The notes beneath the pieces are model-generated. The model was not told where the DNA came from, did not search any database, and worked only from the letters and a program-made list of their open reading frames with translations. Position numbers and translations under genes: made by a program. A DNA stretch of 64,000 nucleotides, taken from the NCBI GenBank assembly GCA_964016885.1, contig OZ024740.1:4898001-4962000 (forward strand). The letters run 5' to 3'. The stretch is from Eledone cirrhosa (Eukaryota). Of this stretch, positions 22,831 through 36,253 are shown in pieces (positions within the stretch are counted from its first letter, which is position 1; every line of letters starts with the position of its first letter).

Positions 22831-24365
22831 TCTATAAAGCTCAGTGTATGGACATGCTCCTTTGTTATAGAAATCTACGATATAGAATTTCTTCAATTGA
22901 AATTTACAATTCAGTATTCGAAATAGCTTCGATTGCGTCTTGGCACAGACAAATTTTTCAATTTCACCCACAATTACGCAAAAAATAGATAAAACTCAAT
23001 ATTTTACAATTTTCTCTCTCATTTAAAGTGCTAAACTCTATCCATTACCATTCAAAATCTATACAACTTCATACTTTCTGCTACTTTCTCTTTCCAAGCT
23101 TGATGGTGATACTGTCCGTTTTACTCTCTCATATCATCTGCTTACCTCTATCTACAACCCACACATTTTGCTACTTTCTCTTTATACTTCAAACTTACTG
23201 ATTTATTTCCAAACGCATACAAACACACACTCACTTCAAATGATAAAAAACATTTAAAGCAATTAAACAACGTGCGTGATTTATAACCACACTAACTTTT
23301 AGTTGCTTCAAACTTAATGATTTATTTACAAACACATACAAACACACACTCACATAAATTGATCAAAAAAAATTTAAAGCAATTAAACAACGTGCGGGAT
23401 TTATAACCACAAATACACGACTATTCATTAACAACATTTAAAGCAATTAAACAACGTGCGTGATTCCCGAAGAGAGAGAGAGAGAGAAGAGAGTGAGAGG
23501 GAGAGAGAGAGAGAACGTTTATTATTACATAAAGTACCAGTAATGTACTGCGTATGTGTTGGCCTTGTGCCAAAAAAGTAGAAACAATTATTACATTTCA
23601 TACGAAACGACAATTATTCAAAAGCATCAGATACATTTATTCAACAAGCGATACATCTTTTTTAAAACCTCTCAACGAACGTGGATTCTTACAGACTTTG
23701 AGTCGAATCGGTTTGAAATTGTGCAAATGTATAAACATGGAACATGTGCACACACACAACAACAACAACAATCTGCCTTTTATAGATAATTATAAACAAT
23801 AATATCCTCTATGAGGTCACTAAACCTGCTAGAAACAGCAGCTAACTCTCCCCCATACCACACCCCTCCCTACTGTCTTAAATTTAGAAAACATATCTTC
23901 TATGAGGTCACTAAACCTGCTAGAAACAGCAGCTAACTCTCCCCCATATCACACCACTCCCTACTGTCTTAAATTTAGAAAACACATATCCTCTATGAGG
24001 TCACTAAACCTGCTAGAAACAACAGCTAACTCTCCCTCATATCACAACCCTCCCTACTGTCTTAAATTTAGAAAACACACAGACAACCATGCAGAACAAC
24101 TCCATTGCAGCTCTGTTTTTCGGCTGGCATCGTCTACTCGCGTGTTGCGCAAGTATTGTGAAACAATAAATTTCAACACTTTTTTGCACAGAGATAATAT
24201 CCATAGGCGAAACTACAATTGTCACTGCTGGCGCAGCTCATGCTTCCAGGTCTGCAATTCATTCACCCAGTGCCTGGCAGACAAAAAAGTGCTGCCATAA
24301 AATGGGTGATGCAACCTAACTTTGGTAACTTAATGACCCCGAGCAACGCCTGGCTTTAATGCTAG
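22831..24365 (+). mobile_element. Non-autonomous Helitron
   Basis: 5' A|TCTATA; 3' GC-rich hairpin CCGAGC-AAC-GCCTGG followed after 8 nt by CTAG|T; internal subrepeats. The 5' end is less certain than the 3' end. Confidence 0.65.
23803..24077. repeat. ~90-bp tandem triplication inside the Helitron
   Basis: Three units TATCCTCTATGAGGTCACTAAACCTGCTAGAAACAGCAGCTAACTCTCCC...AAATTTAGAAAACA. Confidence 0.9.
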
Positions 24366-24439
24366 TATATATATATATATATATATACACACACATACAC
24401 ATATATACACACACACACATATATATATATATACACACA

Positions 24440-24532
<93 letters not shown>

Positions 24533-24744
24533 GTGAAGTTTTTTTACAAAATGAAAAATAACCGGTGTCCTTCACGAGTGAAAGTATAAAGAAAAAAGAT
24601 GAATTCGAAAATGCAACTGGAGTCTTATTTTTAAAAAAATATATATATTGATTTGGTTTTGCGAAACCGGTAAAGGAACCAAATAAATATATATATATTT
24701 TTTTAAATAAGACTCTAGTTGCATTTTCGATTTCATCTTTTTTT

Positions 24745-24794
<50 letters not shown>

Positions 24795-24810
24795 TAAAAT
24801 AACAGATTAA

Positions 24811-24861
24811 AGTTTAAGCAAAGAATCGCTGCTTTCACCCTTAACGGGATCTTCTGAAACT
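24811..24861 (-). ncRNA. Hammerhead-like motif with variant core CAGAAGA (CUU site)
   Basis: Exact inverted copy of 26080-26130. Confidence 0.55.
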
Positions 24862-24908
24862 AACAAAGTCAATCTGTAAACGCAGAACTGGATGTTTCAA
24901 CTATATGT

Positions 24909-25013
<105 letters not shown>

Positions 25014-25095
25014 CATATATATAAATATACACATATATAAACGTATACAAACACATCTACAGAAATACACATATACAAAATACATAAACACATAC

Positions 25096-25286
<191 letters not shown>

Positions 25287-25654
25287 TAGAATTGGTGCTC
25301 TGAAATAGCGATATATATATGAATGTATATACAGTGTATTTTGTAATACACTGTATGCTTAATTAAAAGCATTTCGAAGACCTTACGCTATTGTTTTAGA
25401 GTAGTGACAGTCTCACTTACTTTAAATTTTCAGCAAACAGGGGAGATAAAGCTGACAGAGCTCTGTTTCCTACTATTTGGTACTTATCAAAGCCAAGTAG
25501 TCCACCTGTTTGCTGAAAATCATGAATGTTTGATTCTTATAGAATTCTAGTAATAATCTGGAACTGATTATACAGAACGGTTGCCGGTGACAGTCGAGTT
25601 TGCAATTTTCAACTGTCAGTTGAAAATTGCAAACTCGACTGTCACCACATATCA

Positions 25655-25693
25655 TGAACCTGAAGATTGCGAAAGCATGAAAGTACTTGTTCA
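25655..25693 (+). ncRNA. Minimal type I hammerhead ribozyme (CUU site)
   Basis: TGAAC-CTGAAGA-T TGC GAAA GCA T-GAAAG TA CTT-GTTCA; palindromic stem III AAGTACTT. Confidence 0.8.
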
Positions 25694-25863
25694 ATTAACA
25701 CTTAGAATTTAATATTCTATCATACTATCTCATTATAATACCATTATATATATTTTAAAGGATTGTAAATAAAACGAGTAAATCAGACAAAGTTGGAATT
25801 CCTCTTATTAATATAATCTTCTATACACAATCATACACACCCGTGTATATTTACCTATCTATA

Positions 25864-25900
<37 letters not shown>

Positions 25901-26079
25901 CGGTTGAGCACTCTACTGACTTATATTCATCATGCAGAAACAACATCTGAATATTTCTACAAAGAACATACCCGTACCAAGCAGGAAAACATATCTAACC
26001 AAAGTATCGTCTTCCTGTCTTCCTCCGGTTGCAACGTTTTTTGAAATATCCAGTCCTGCGTTTACAGATTGACTTTGTT

Positions 26080-26130
26080 AGTTTCAGAAGATCCCGTTAA
26101 GGGTGAAAGCAGCGATTCTTTGCTTAAACT
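26080..26130 (+). ncRNA. Hammerhead-like motif with variant core CAGAAGA (CUU site)
   Basis: AGTTT-CAGAAGA-TCCC gttaa GGGT-GAAAGCA...TGCTT-AAACT. Confidence 0.55.
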
Positions 26131-26237
26131 TTAATCTGATATTTTTATAAATATTTGCTCTACGGTTCTTATATATTTGATATATATTTATCCTTATCGA
26201 GCCCTCTTTGGATTTTAGTCTTCAAATTTATTATTAT

Positions 26238-26384
<147 letters not shown>

Positions 26385-26559
26385 ATAAAGTATATATCCC
26401 TACACGCAAAAAGCGTCTAGGGACACATGTATTATCCAACCATATGCCGATTCGGTAAAAGTAACCATAGTGAGTACAGTGAATTTTTTAAAATTTATTT
26501 TGAAACTTTTTTCTTATTTGCTAAACCTTGATTATATATATATATATATTTATATATAT

Positions 26560-27186
26560 CATCATCATCATCATCATCGTTTAACGTCCATCTTCCACGC
26601 TTGCATGGGTTTGGACGGGAGGTCTCCCACTTGAGGCAAGATTGGTTGTCCTGCTCGTATAGGACTGTCTGGCGAGTTTTCTACGAGTGGATGCCCTTCC
26701 TAACACCAACCACATTTACAGTGTGGACTGGGAGGTTTTTACCGTGTTACCTACATGGCCACATTACAGCGTGGACTGTGTTTTTTTGTCGTGACACCTA
26801 CACGACCTCATTTGTTTCGGACTAGATGTTGTGGTACCAACATAACTTCACATTTAGGGGGGGGGGGGTAGTGGGAAGGGGGCGGGGGTGTATTTTGTTA
26901 GAGGTGCCTACTGACTGTAGGTTTCGCTTTGTACTTAGGCAAGGCGGGTCTTCTGTATTACTGTGTAGCGCCAAAGATCTCGGTCCAGTGACATTGTCTT
27001 GGAGAGGTGTAAGTGTGTGAGGTCGGAATTTATCAAGTCGTCCCAGGTTTTTCTGGGTCTGCCTACTCCGTGGCTACTGTCTATTTTTATCGCCCTGCAC
27101 TCTTTTATACAGCTGTCGTCTTTCATGCGAATCACGTGACCGTACCAACATAGTCTTCTCTCGAGTAAATAACATCTGATCCCTAG
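26560..27186 (-). mobile_element. RTE LINE 3' end with long 3' UTR
   Basis: RRLCWYGHV, GVGRPRKTW; (ATG)n tail; same family as 54266-56345. Confidence 0.88.
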
Positions 27187-27314
27187 TAAACATATATATA
27201 TATATATGTACAATATATATATGTATATATATATATCCGGATGGCCTACAAAAACAACGGTCACCTTTTTGAAAGGGTACGTCAATTATCTATTTGTAAA
27301 ACTGTTATATATTG

Positions 27315-27379
27315 TATTTTGTCTGATGAAGGCATACCATGATTTAACTCGATATCCTTGAAATATATATAATGAAATA
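27315..27379 (+). ncRNA. Type I hammerhead ribozyme (AUA site) in a PLE-type terminal repeat
   Basis: TATTTTGT-CTGATGA-AGG...CCTT-GAAA TATAT ATA-ATGAAATA; same family as the 43.8, 43.9, 57.9 and 58.7 kb copies. Confidence 0.7.
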
Positions 27380-27581
27380 AATATGGTTTTATAAATATAG
27401 TTTCCATTTATTAATATTGTATATCTACTCCAAATATTTGTCGAGTGCTTTATATCAGTTATAATAATATTTGCTTGTTGTATCCCAACAATTTAAATTG
27501 AACTTTTGCACATATATATATATATATACATATACATACATACATATATATATAAACATATATATATACATATATATACAT

Positions 27582-27615
<34 letters not shown>

Positions 27616-27661
27616 ACATATATACATATACACACATACATACACACATATATATACACAC

Positions 27662-28060
27662 ATAGTGGCTGCCAACTCGTTTTCGAGCTCGGCCACTACT
27701 TTATATCCATGTAGGAGAACCCCTACCACAATGCGCTGAATGAGTGTGACATTTTAGTCCAGCCAGCGACCTGAAAACTCTGGTACAAACACTACACTTG
27801 TGACAATTAATGACACATAGTGCTGGGCCTTTGGTACCATGTGACGACAAGGGCAAAGATCTCCAGATACAAAGCAATGCTTGTGCCGTGAAGCTTTTAT
27901 AGTGAGCAAAGGCACTGCACAACGCCAGTTCCACTCTCTTAACCAAGATGATAATATATCAAAAAGAAGAACAAGTCAACATCATTGGATACCATCAGGG
28001 TTGCAGGTGTTATATCAGAGTTTTCCTTCTCCTAGCATTCTGCCTTGACAAAGGTTAATG
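27662..28060 (-). mobile_element. Bipartite non-autonomous RTE/BovB-like element, partial
   Basis: Reverse complement of 41615-42010; encodes the remnant [22 protein letters not shown]. Confidence 0.75.
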
Positions 28061-28117
28061 GATTGGAGGATTTGTTGTTTTTTTTTGGGGGGGGGGGGGA
28101 GTTCCACCAGCGTATTA

Positions 28118-29556
28118 GAGTTACTATAGAGTACCCAAGCAAACACCCCAACCATCGATTACCTGTACTAGACAGAGCTCTGGTTAGATACCATTAATAA
28201 CAAATAACAAATCCTCCATTCCCATTATGCCAAACCCATCACTTCCAAATATCTGATCCACCGAAACTCAGCTGTTTCGGACCATACCAAAATCAACATA
28301 CTGATTGCGGATTTGGTACGGGTGATGAGAAACGTGTCCCGCATATGCAACCCCAAAGAACTAGAGAGACACATACAACACTTCATCCACCGTATGCAGT
28401 TCTCTGGTTACAATCAGAGAGATAAAATCAGAGTATATAGAGGGGCCAGAACCAAATGGGAAAAAATGGAAAATAATGACACAAATGGAACCTGCCCCTT
28501 GTATAGGAGAACATTTTGGAATAGAATAGAAAGAACTAGGAATAAGGCTAATAGAATAAACTCATGGTATGATAGCAATAAATACTAGAGTGTAATGTTC
28601 ATCAATACAACCCCTAGAGGTGAATTAGCTTACAAATTTAGAAGGGCCCTAGATAAACATAAACTCAATATTAAGATAGTAGAAAGACCAGGTACCTCCA
28701 TAAAAACACTAATTAGCAATACATACCCTTTTCAAAGACCTCCCTGTATAGATAAGAAATGTATAATCTGTAAATTAAGCCCCCATATTAACTGTAAAAC
28801 TAAAAATGTAGTATATAGCATAAGATGTACTAAAGGACAATGTAGAGACAAAAATATAGTGTACATAGGTGAGACAGCTCGTAGTATAGGGGAACGGATA
28901 AATGAACACTCGCGAGACCTTCAAGATAGTAAAGAATCATCTGTACTCTACCAACATGCTAAAATAGAACATAAGGGTAAATTAGAGAACAATAGAAATA
29001 AAAATAGAATCTACACACAGAAAAGACGCAATGTTTAGACAAATCACAGAGGCAATAAACATACATGAACTCCAACCAAAATTAAATAGAAAAAATGAAT
29101 GGAACAGCAACATCACAATTTACAATTAAGGACAAAATGAAAACACACACGCACATAGAACAAACAACTAACCAGTAGCATGTAAATAAACAAATAAATA
29201 AACGAATACAAACACACACAGAGACCCGGATGTAACACATGCGCAAACTAAGCACACAACACACACACAAAAACAAGATGGCGTAGGACAGAACAAAGGA
29301 GAGGCACAAAAACAAGAGGTCACAGAATGTGTGACGAAAGAACTTTGACAATATATAAACAATCATCTGGTTGTGGAACCAACCAACCACCGGTAATTTA
29401 TAAATTCCTAAATTTATAAATTTATTATAATAAATTGAAGTGAAACAACTGGTGCGTGTGTTTCTTATTGGCAACATGACCCTCCCAAAGTATAACAATA
29501 TCGGTTTCAACACACGTTTTCAGATAAAGAATCTTGCTAAACAAATTCAGAAACGA
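28118..29556 (+). mobile_element. Penelope-like element 3' half (RT thumb, Cys-rich linker, GIY-YIG endonuclease, terminal repeat)
   Basis: VTIEYPSKHPNHRLPVLD; PPCIDKKCIICK...CKTKNVVYSIRC...VYIGETARSIGERINEH; 3' region similar to 43310-43630 and 50640-50918. Confidence 0.88.
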
Positions 29557-29603
29557 AATATATATATACACATACATATATATATATACATATATATATA
29601 TAC

Positions 29604-29648
<45 letters not shown>

Positions 29649-29964
29649 CATATATAAACATATATACATATATATATAGGATTATCCAAGATGTAGTGAT
29701 GGTTAATTACTACACTGGATATGGTTGACGTACGGTAAGAGGTTACTCTACGAGTTATGGAAGAATTGTTCAAGAAACTTAGTTCCTGATCCTTCAGTAT
29801 TCCGGAGTGTATATAAAGAATGAATAATAACAGGTAGACATCATAAAAAGGTAATTTATTCCGTGTGCTTACAAGTGTTTCCACGGTGGTACTGCAGCCT
29901 AGTTCCGCTACGTGCAAATTCACAAGTATTTGCAGAACTCGAATATCCAATGCTGTGACCACTG

Positions 29965-30036
<72 letters not shown>

Positions 30037-30288
30037 GTCATCATCATCATCATCGTTTAACGTCCATCTTCCATGCTTGCATGGGTTTGGACGGGAGTTT
30101 TCCCACCTAGGCAAGATTGGTTGTCCTGCTCGTATAGGACTGTCTTGGGGGTTTTTACGGCTGGATTCCCTTCCTAACACCAACCACATTTACAGTGTGG
30201 ACTGGGAGGTTTTTACCGTGTTACCTACACGGCCACATTACAGCGCGGACTGTGTGTTTTTTATATATATATATATACATACATATAT

Positions 30289-30392
<104 letters not shown>

Positions 30393-30568
30393 TCGGACAC
30401 ATGCACATACATATACAAGCACATACACATATATATTTATATACATATATACATATACATGCACACACATATACACATATATACACACATACATATATAC
30501 ATATATACATAGGTCTAACCCATGCTAGCGTGGAAAGTGGACGTTAAACGAGGATGATGATGAACATG

Positions 30569-30604
<36 letters not shown>

Positions 30605-30814
30605 GATAAATCTACCAAGAGTTTACGGTAGTGTCCAATCCGTATGAAGAACTCAATGTATTCCGGATATCATGGAAAGAAGAGATGTAATGAAAAATCA
30701 CTTTCGGTGAAAGATAAACGGTATACAGAGTCAAGATAAAATATTAAACAAATAATGAATAAAACAATGAAACAGTTCCTTATATTAAACAAACAAAAAA
30801 AAAAAAAAAAAAAA

Positions 30815-30962
30815 ATTATTTCTGAAGACGGCGTATATATGTGTTGGTATGTATATTTAATCTTGATAGTTTGTATAATTTTGTATAATTTTGTACATAG
30901 ATCTGTTGAATATGCATGCCAATTCTAACACATATATATCTTAGAAACGATCGTTAAATAAT
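30815..30962 (+). ncRNA. Type I hammerhead ribozyme with very long stem II (GUU site)
   Basis: ATTATTT-CTGAAGA-[GTATATATGTGTTGG...CTAACACATATATAT]-GAAAC GATC GTT-AAATAAT. Confidence 0.65.
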
Positions 30963-31020
30963 GAACTTTTTTTGTTTAATATAAGGAACTGTTTCATTGT
31001 TTTATTCATTATTTGTTTAA

Positions 31021-31105
<85 letters not shown>

Positions 31106-31582
31106 CATAGATAGGACAACACACGGTTTTTCGTGGGGGTAAGCTTTTATTAATTTTCGTATTCTGAAAGACCAAAATACAACAATAATTTTCACTCATT
31201 GGAAGCCGGGAAACGTTCTGAGAAAAGCTGTGAAAGCTTCAGAAATATTCCATATATTCTTCCAGAGCAATCTCTATTTAGAATTTACATTTTACGCTTA
31301 CTTGTCCGCCATTGTAAAAGGCCATAAATTCAAAATTTTGAAGAGAGAGGAAAAGAGACAAGTGAACTATGAACTTGTACATCTCACTGAACCCCGCCAC
31401 CACAATAACGTCTACACTCGCTCCCCACCATCACCACATTACTCATTACTCTATCTAAGGTGGCTGACCTGTTGACTGTTGACATACTGCTAACTCTTTT
31501 GATGTATGTAGTGTATATACATATATATATGTGTGTATATGTGTATGTATATGTATATCTAGAGTGGATTCGACCAGATTTC

Positions 31583-31650
31583 AACACAGCAACAACTACA
31601 ACTACAACAGCAACAACGCCACCACCACCACCACCACCACCACCACCACC

Positions 31651-31714
<64 letters not shown>

Positions 31715-31950
31715 CCATTGTCTGTGTTGAATGTGTGTGTATGTATGTATTTATATATATGCGACTACAATAACAGCATCAACACCATTGTCTGCAGCAA
31801 CAGCAGCAGTGAAATGAAGAACAACAACGGCAGCAGCAACAACAACAACAAGAACAGCAACAACAACAGCAACAGCAGCAGCAACTACAATAACAACTAC
31901 AGCAACAACAACTGCCACCACCATCACTGACCATCCACCACCACCATTAC
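31583..31950. repeat. (CCA)n/(CAA)n/(CAG)n trinucleotide cluster
   Basis: Direct reading. Confidence 0.9.
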
Positions 31951-32070
31951 CAGCGTAACGCAAACAATTATTATTATTATTATATAAAAATTGAACTGGA
32001 CTGGGAAAGGTCAACAGTTGACATGATTTTGATTTTGTATCAGTACTGCCGGTAATATATATATATGTAT

Positions 32071-32120
<50 letters not shown>

Positions 32121-32269
32121 TTGTGAGTGGTGTGTGTGTTTGTATGCATGAATGAGTGTTGGTGTGTGAGTGGCGTGTGTGTTTGTGGTTTGTATGCATG
32201 AGTGTTGGTGTGTGAGTGTGTGTGTGTGTGTGTCGTGTCAATAAGTGTTTTTGTTTTTGTTTTGTTTTT

Positions 32270-35200
32270 TAATGACCATGCTGTAAAATGGAGGGGTAGA
32301 GACATCCTCTCTAGTGCTGGTGGCACAAATAAAAGCACCCAGTCCATGCTGTAAAGTGGCGCTGGTGTTAGGAAGGGCATCCAACCAGTGTATCAATGCC
32401 AAATCGCTTATCAGCACAGCAACAAATAGGAACAACAACAAAATATGAAGACGTCGCATCTCAGAGTTGCAACACTCAATGTTGGCACTCTCAGAGGTAG
32501 ATCTGCTGAAATAGAGGAGATGCTGGAGAGAAGGCAGGTGGATGTGTGCTGCGTGCAGGAGGTGAGATGGAGAGGTGCCTCTGCGAGACAAGTCGTAGGC
32601 AAACGTCTTAGCTATAAGCTATTCTGGGTAGGTAAAGATGATGGGTTAGAGGGAGTAGGCATTTTCCTGGCTGAGAAATGGATCAATAAGACAATAGAGG
32701 TAGTTCGAGTTAGTAATCGAATAATTAAGCTTAGATTAGTTGTAGGCAGGAGACTACTGACAATCATCTCGGCCTATGCTCCCCAAGCAGGCCTAGGCAA
32801 AGATGAGAAAGACTGCTTTTATGAGCAACTTTTGTAAACAACCGCAATGATAGAGGAGGGAGACATCGTTATGCTAGCAGGAGACTTCAATGGTCATGTT
32901 GGACAGCTCCAGGATGGTTACACTGGGGTACATGGTGGGCACGGTTACGGCTCAAGAAATGAAGAAGGAGTGAGATTTCTTGAATTTTGTGATGCAGGTA
33001 CATTGACTATTTGCAGCACAAACTTCCAGAAACCTGCCAATCACCTAATAACCTACAAATCTGGTGAGCACATAAGCCAGATTGACTTCTTACTAGTTAG
33101 GCAGCGGGACAGGCAGATAGTGTCTAATACCAAGGCATACCCTGGGGAAGAATGTACCCCACAGCATAGGTTAGTCGTTAGTGATATCTCAGTAAGCAAG
33201 AGATGGAATGAGACATACAGGAAGGTGTGGAGAAGAAAGGACTGGAAGCTAAAAGACCTTTCACTAAAATACAAATTTAGGAAAGCCCTTCAAGATGTAT
33301 ATGACGAAAAAGAAGACGATTTAGAGACGTATGACAGATAATAACTGGAATTTCTTACGTGACAACTTGCTGCAGGCTACTGATGAAACGTGTGGCTGGA
33401 GCAGAGCTCCAACCAGACAGAGAGTAACCTGGTGGTGGAACAGCACAGTAGATAAGGCCATTAGAGACAAAATACTAGCATGGAAGGCTTGGAAAAAAGG
33501 GTGGGAGTAGGGAAGAATATACAGCCACTAAGAGAGAAGCTAGACGTCAGGTGTACTTAGCACGCAGGGAGGCGGAGAGTAGGAGGTTTGCCAATGTTCT
33601 GCGACGGGAAAATGAGAGGCGTGCGGTGTTCCACATTGCAAGGCAGTGTGTCAGTGCAAATCAGGATGTTGTTGGAGATAAATGTGTCCGGAATGATGCC
33701 GGTGTACTTAGTGTCACGAATGATCAGAAAAAGGAGCCTGGAAATGTCATTATGAGAGAGTGATGAATGTGGAGAACGAATGGGAGAGAGAGAAATTACC
33801 CTTAGTAGATCCGACAGAGGGACCGGGCTATTGAGATTGACGAATATAGGGTCCAAGAGACGATTAAAGAAATGAAAAATGGTAAGGCTGCTGGACCATC
33901 GGAAATAGTTGCTGAGATGCTGAAGGCACCAAGGGGCGTAGGCAATAAACTGGTTGCACGCATCATCAATCAGGCTATATATGGTGGTCTCATACCCAAA
34001 GACTGGTGCAGCAGTATTCTCATAAATTGCTACAAAGATAAAGGGGATGCTCTGGAGAGGAGCAATTATAGGGGTATGAAACTGATAGATCAGGTTATGA
34101 AAGTGGCAGAAAGGATATTAGTACAACTAATTAGAGAAAGGGTCAAACTAGATGAGATGCAGTTTGGTTTTGTGCCTAGGAAGAGTACAACAGATGCCCT
34201 CTTTTAGGTGAGACAATTACAAGAGAGGTTCTTAGAGAAGAATAAGCCACTATACTTAGCCTTTGTTGACCTAGAGAAGGCCTTTGATAGGGTACCCCGA
34301 TCTGTCATCTGGTGGTCCCTAAGGAAGCTAGGTGTTGAGGAATGGCTTGTGAGGACAGTGCAAAAACTTTGTACAGAGGTACTCTCAGCAAAGTCAGAGT
34401 AGGAATGGAGTTTAGTGAGGAAATCCAGATACAAGTAGGAGTACATCAAGGTTCGGTCCTCAGCCCGCTCTTGTTCATTATAGTCCTCCAAGCCATAACA
34501 TAGGAGTTTAAGACTGGCTGCCCATGGGAACTTCTCTATGCTGACGATCTGGTTCTTATAGCAGAATCAGTAGAGGAGCTAGAGAATAAATTCTGGCTAT
34601 GGAAACAGCAGTTGGAAGCAAGAGCACTGAGAGTGAACCTAGCTAAGACAAAAGTGTTGATGAGTAGAAAAGAGGACAAAACTCTGATCCCGTCAGGAAA
34701 ATGGCCATGTTCGATATGCAGAAAAGGAACTGGCATAAATTCTATAAAATTCACACAATGCAGATCCTGGGTACACAAGAGATGTAGCGGGATAGCAGGC
34801 AAACTAACAGGTAGGGAGAAATATGTATGCAGTAGATGTACATGGAAGTTAGACAGTAGAAGTCGCATTGATAGACACATTTTTCAAATGCAGGAGGGCG
34901 CTATAGAAGTGGTGGATAGCTTCCGGTACCTAGATCAGATTAGCATGGGAGGAGGGTGTTCAAGGCCATAGTATCTAGAATAAGGACGGGTTGGAAGAAG
35001 TTTAGGGAGCTGCCTCCTCTGCTGACGAAGAAGGGTTTCTTTTCTACGCAAGGCCGGATGTATGATGCCTGCGTGAGGAGCGTGATGCTGCATGGTAGTG
35101 AGACATGGGCAGCAACTGCAGAGGATATGCGATGGTTGGAGAGAAATGTGGCAAGCATGCTCCGTTGGATGTGCAGTGTAAATGTGCGTGAACGACCCAG

Positions 35201-35526
35201 CATAAATGTGTTGAGAGAGAAACTGTGTCTGAGAGGGATAGAATGTAGTGTACGGGAGAGGAGACTGAGGTGGTATGAACATGTGATGTGCATGGAGGAT
35301 GACCAATGGGTGAAGAAGTGCCAGGAAATGCCAGTTGAAGGAAGACGTGGTCGAGGTAGACCACGAAAAACATGGGCGGAGGTGGTGAGAACAGACCTCA
35401 GATCATTGAAGCTCACGGTGGAGATGACGAAGGACCGTGACGAGTGGAGAGATGCTGTGCTGAATAAGACCCGTCCCACCCTTTCAAGCAGGGAAAAGCG
35501 GACGTAAAATGATGATGATGATGATG
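32270..35526 (+). mobile_element. Near full-length RTE-clade LINE (APE + RT with PHD-like insertion), disrupted
   Basis: RVATLNVGTL, VQEVRW, SAYAPQ, GDFNGHVG, NYRGMKL, FVDLEKAFD, LLYADDL, RGRPRKTW; (ATG)n tail; several stops and frameshifts. Confidence 0.93.
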
Positions 35527-35562
35527 ATATATATGTATATATATATACATAAATATATACCT

Positions 35563-35682
<120 letters not shown>

Positions 35683-35694
35683 ATATATATATAT

Positions 35695-36192
35695 CATCAT
35701 CATCATCATCGTTTAACGTCCATGTTCCACGCTTGCATGGGTTTGGACGGGAGTTTTCTCACATGAGGCAAGAGTGGTTGTCATTGCTCGCATAGGACTG
35801 TCTGGCGGGTTTTCTACAGCTGGATGCCCTTCCTAACACCAACCACAGTTACAGTGTGGGGCTGGGAGGTTTTTACCGTGTTGCCTACACGGCCACATTA
35901 CAGCGTGGACTGTGTTTTTTTGTCATGACACCTACACGATCTCATTTGTTTCGGCCTGGATGTTGTGGCACCAACATAACTTTACATTGAAAGGGACGGT
36001 GTGGATGGGGTGGGGTGGTGGAACGGGGGTGTATTTTGTTAGAGATGCCTACTGACTGTACTAGGTCTTACTTTGTATTTAGGTAAGGTGGGTCTTCTCT
36101 ATTACTGAGTACCGCCAAAGGTCTCGGTCCAGTGACATTGTCTTGGAGAGGTGTAAGTGTGTGAGGTCGGAATTTATCAGCTCGTCCCAGGT
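35695..36192 (-). mobile_element. RTE 3' UTR/ORF end, tail-to-tail with the previous element across a (TA)n tract
   Basis: Matches 55860-56345 in reverse. Confidence 0.85.
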
Positions 36193-36219
36193 TTATATAT
36201 ACACATATACACATATATA

Positions 36220-36253
<34 letters not shown>

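Noticed and set aside
31460-31930. Poly-T/P/N ORF
   Set aside because: It is a trinucleotide repeat translation.
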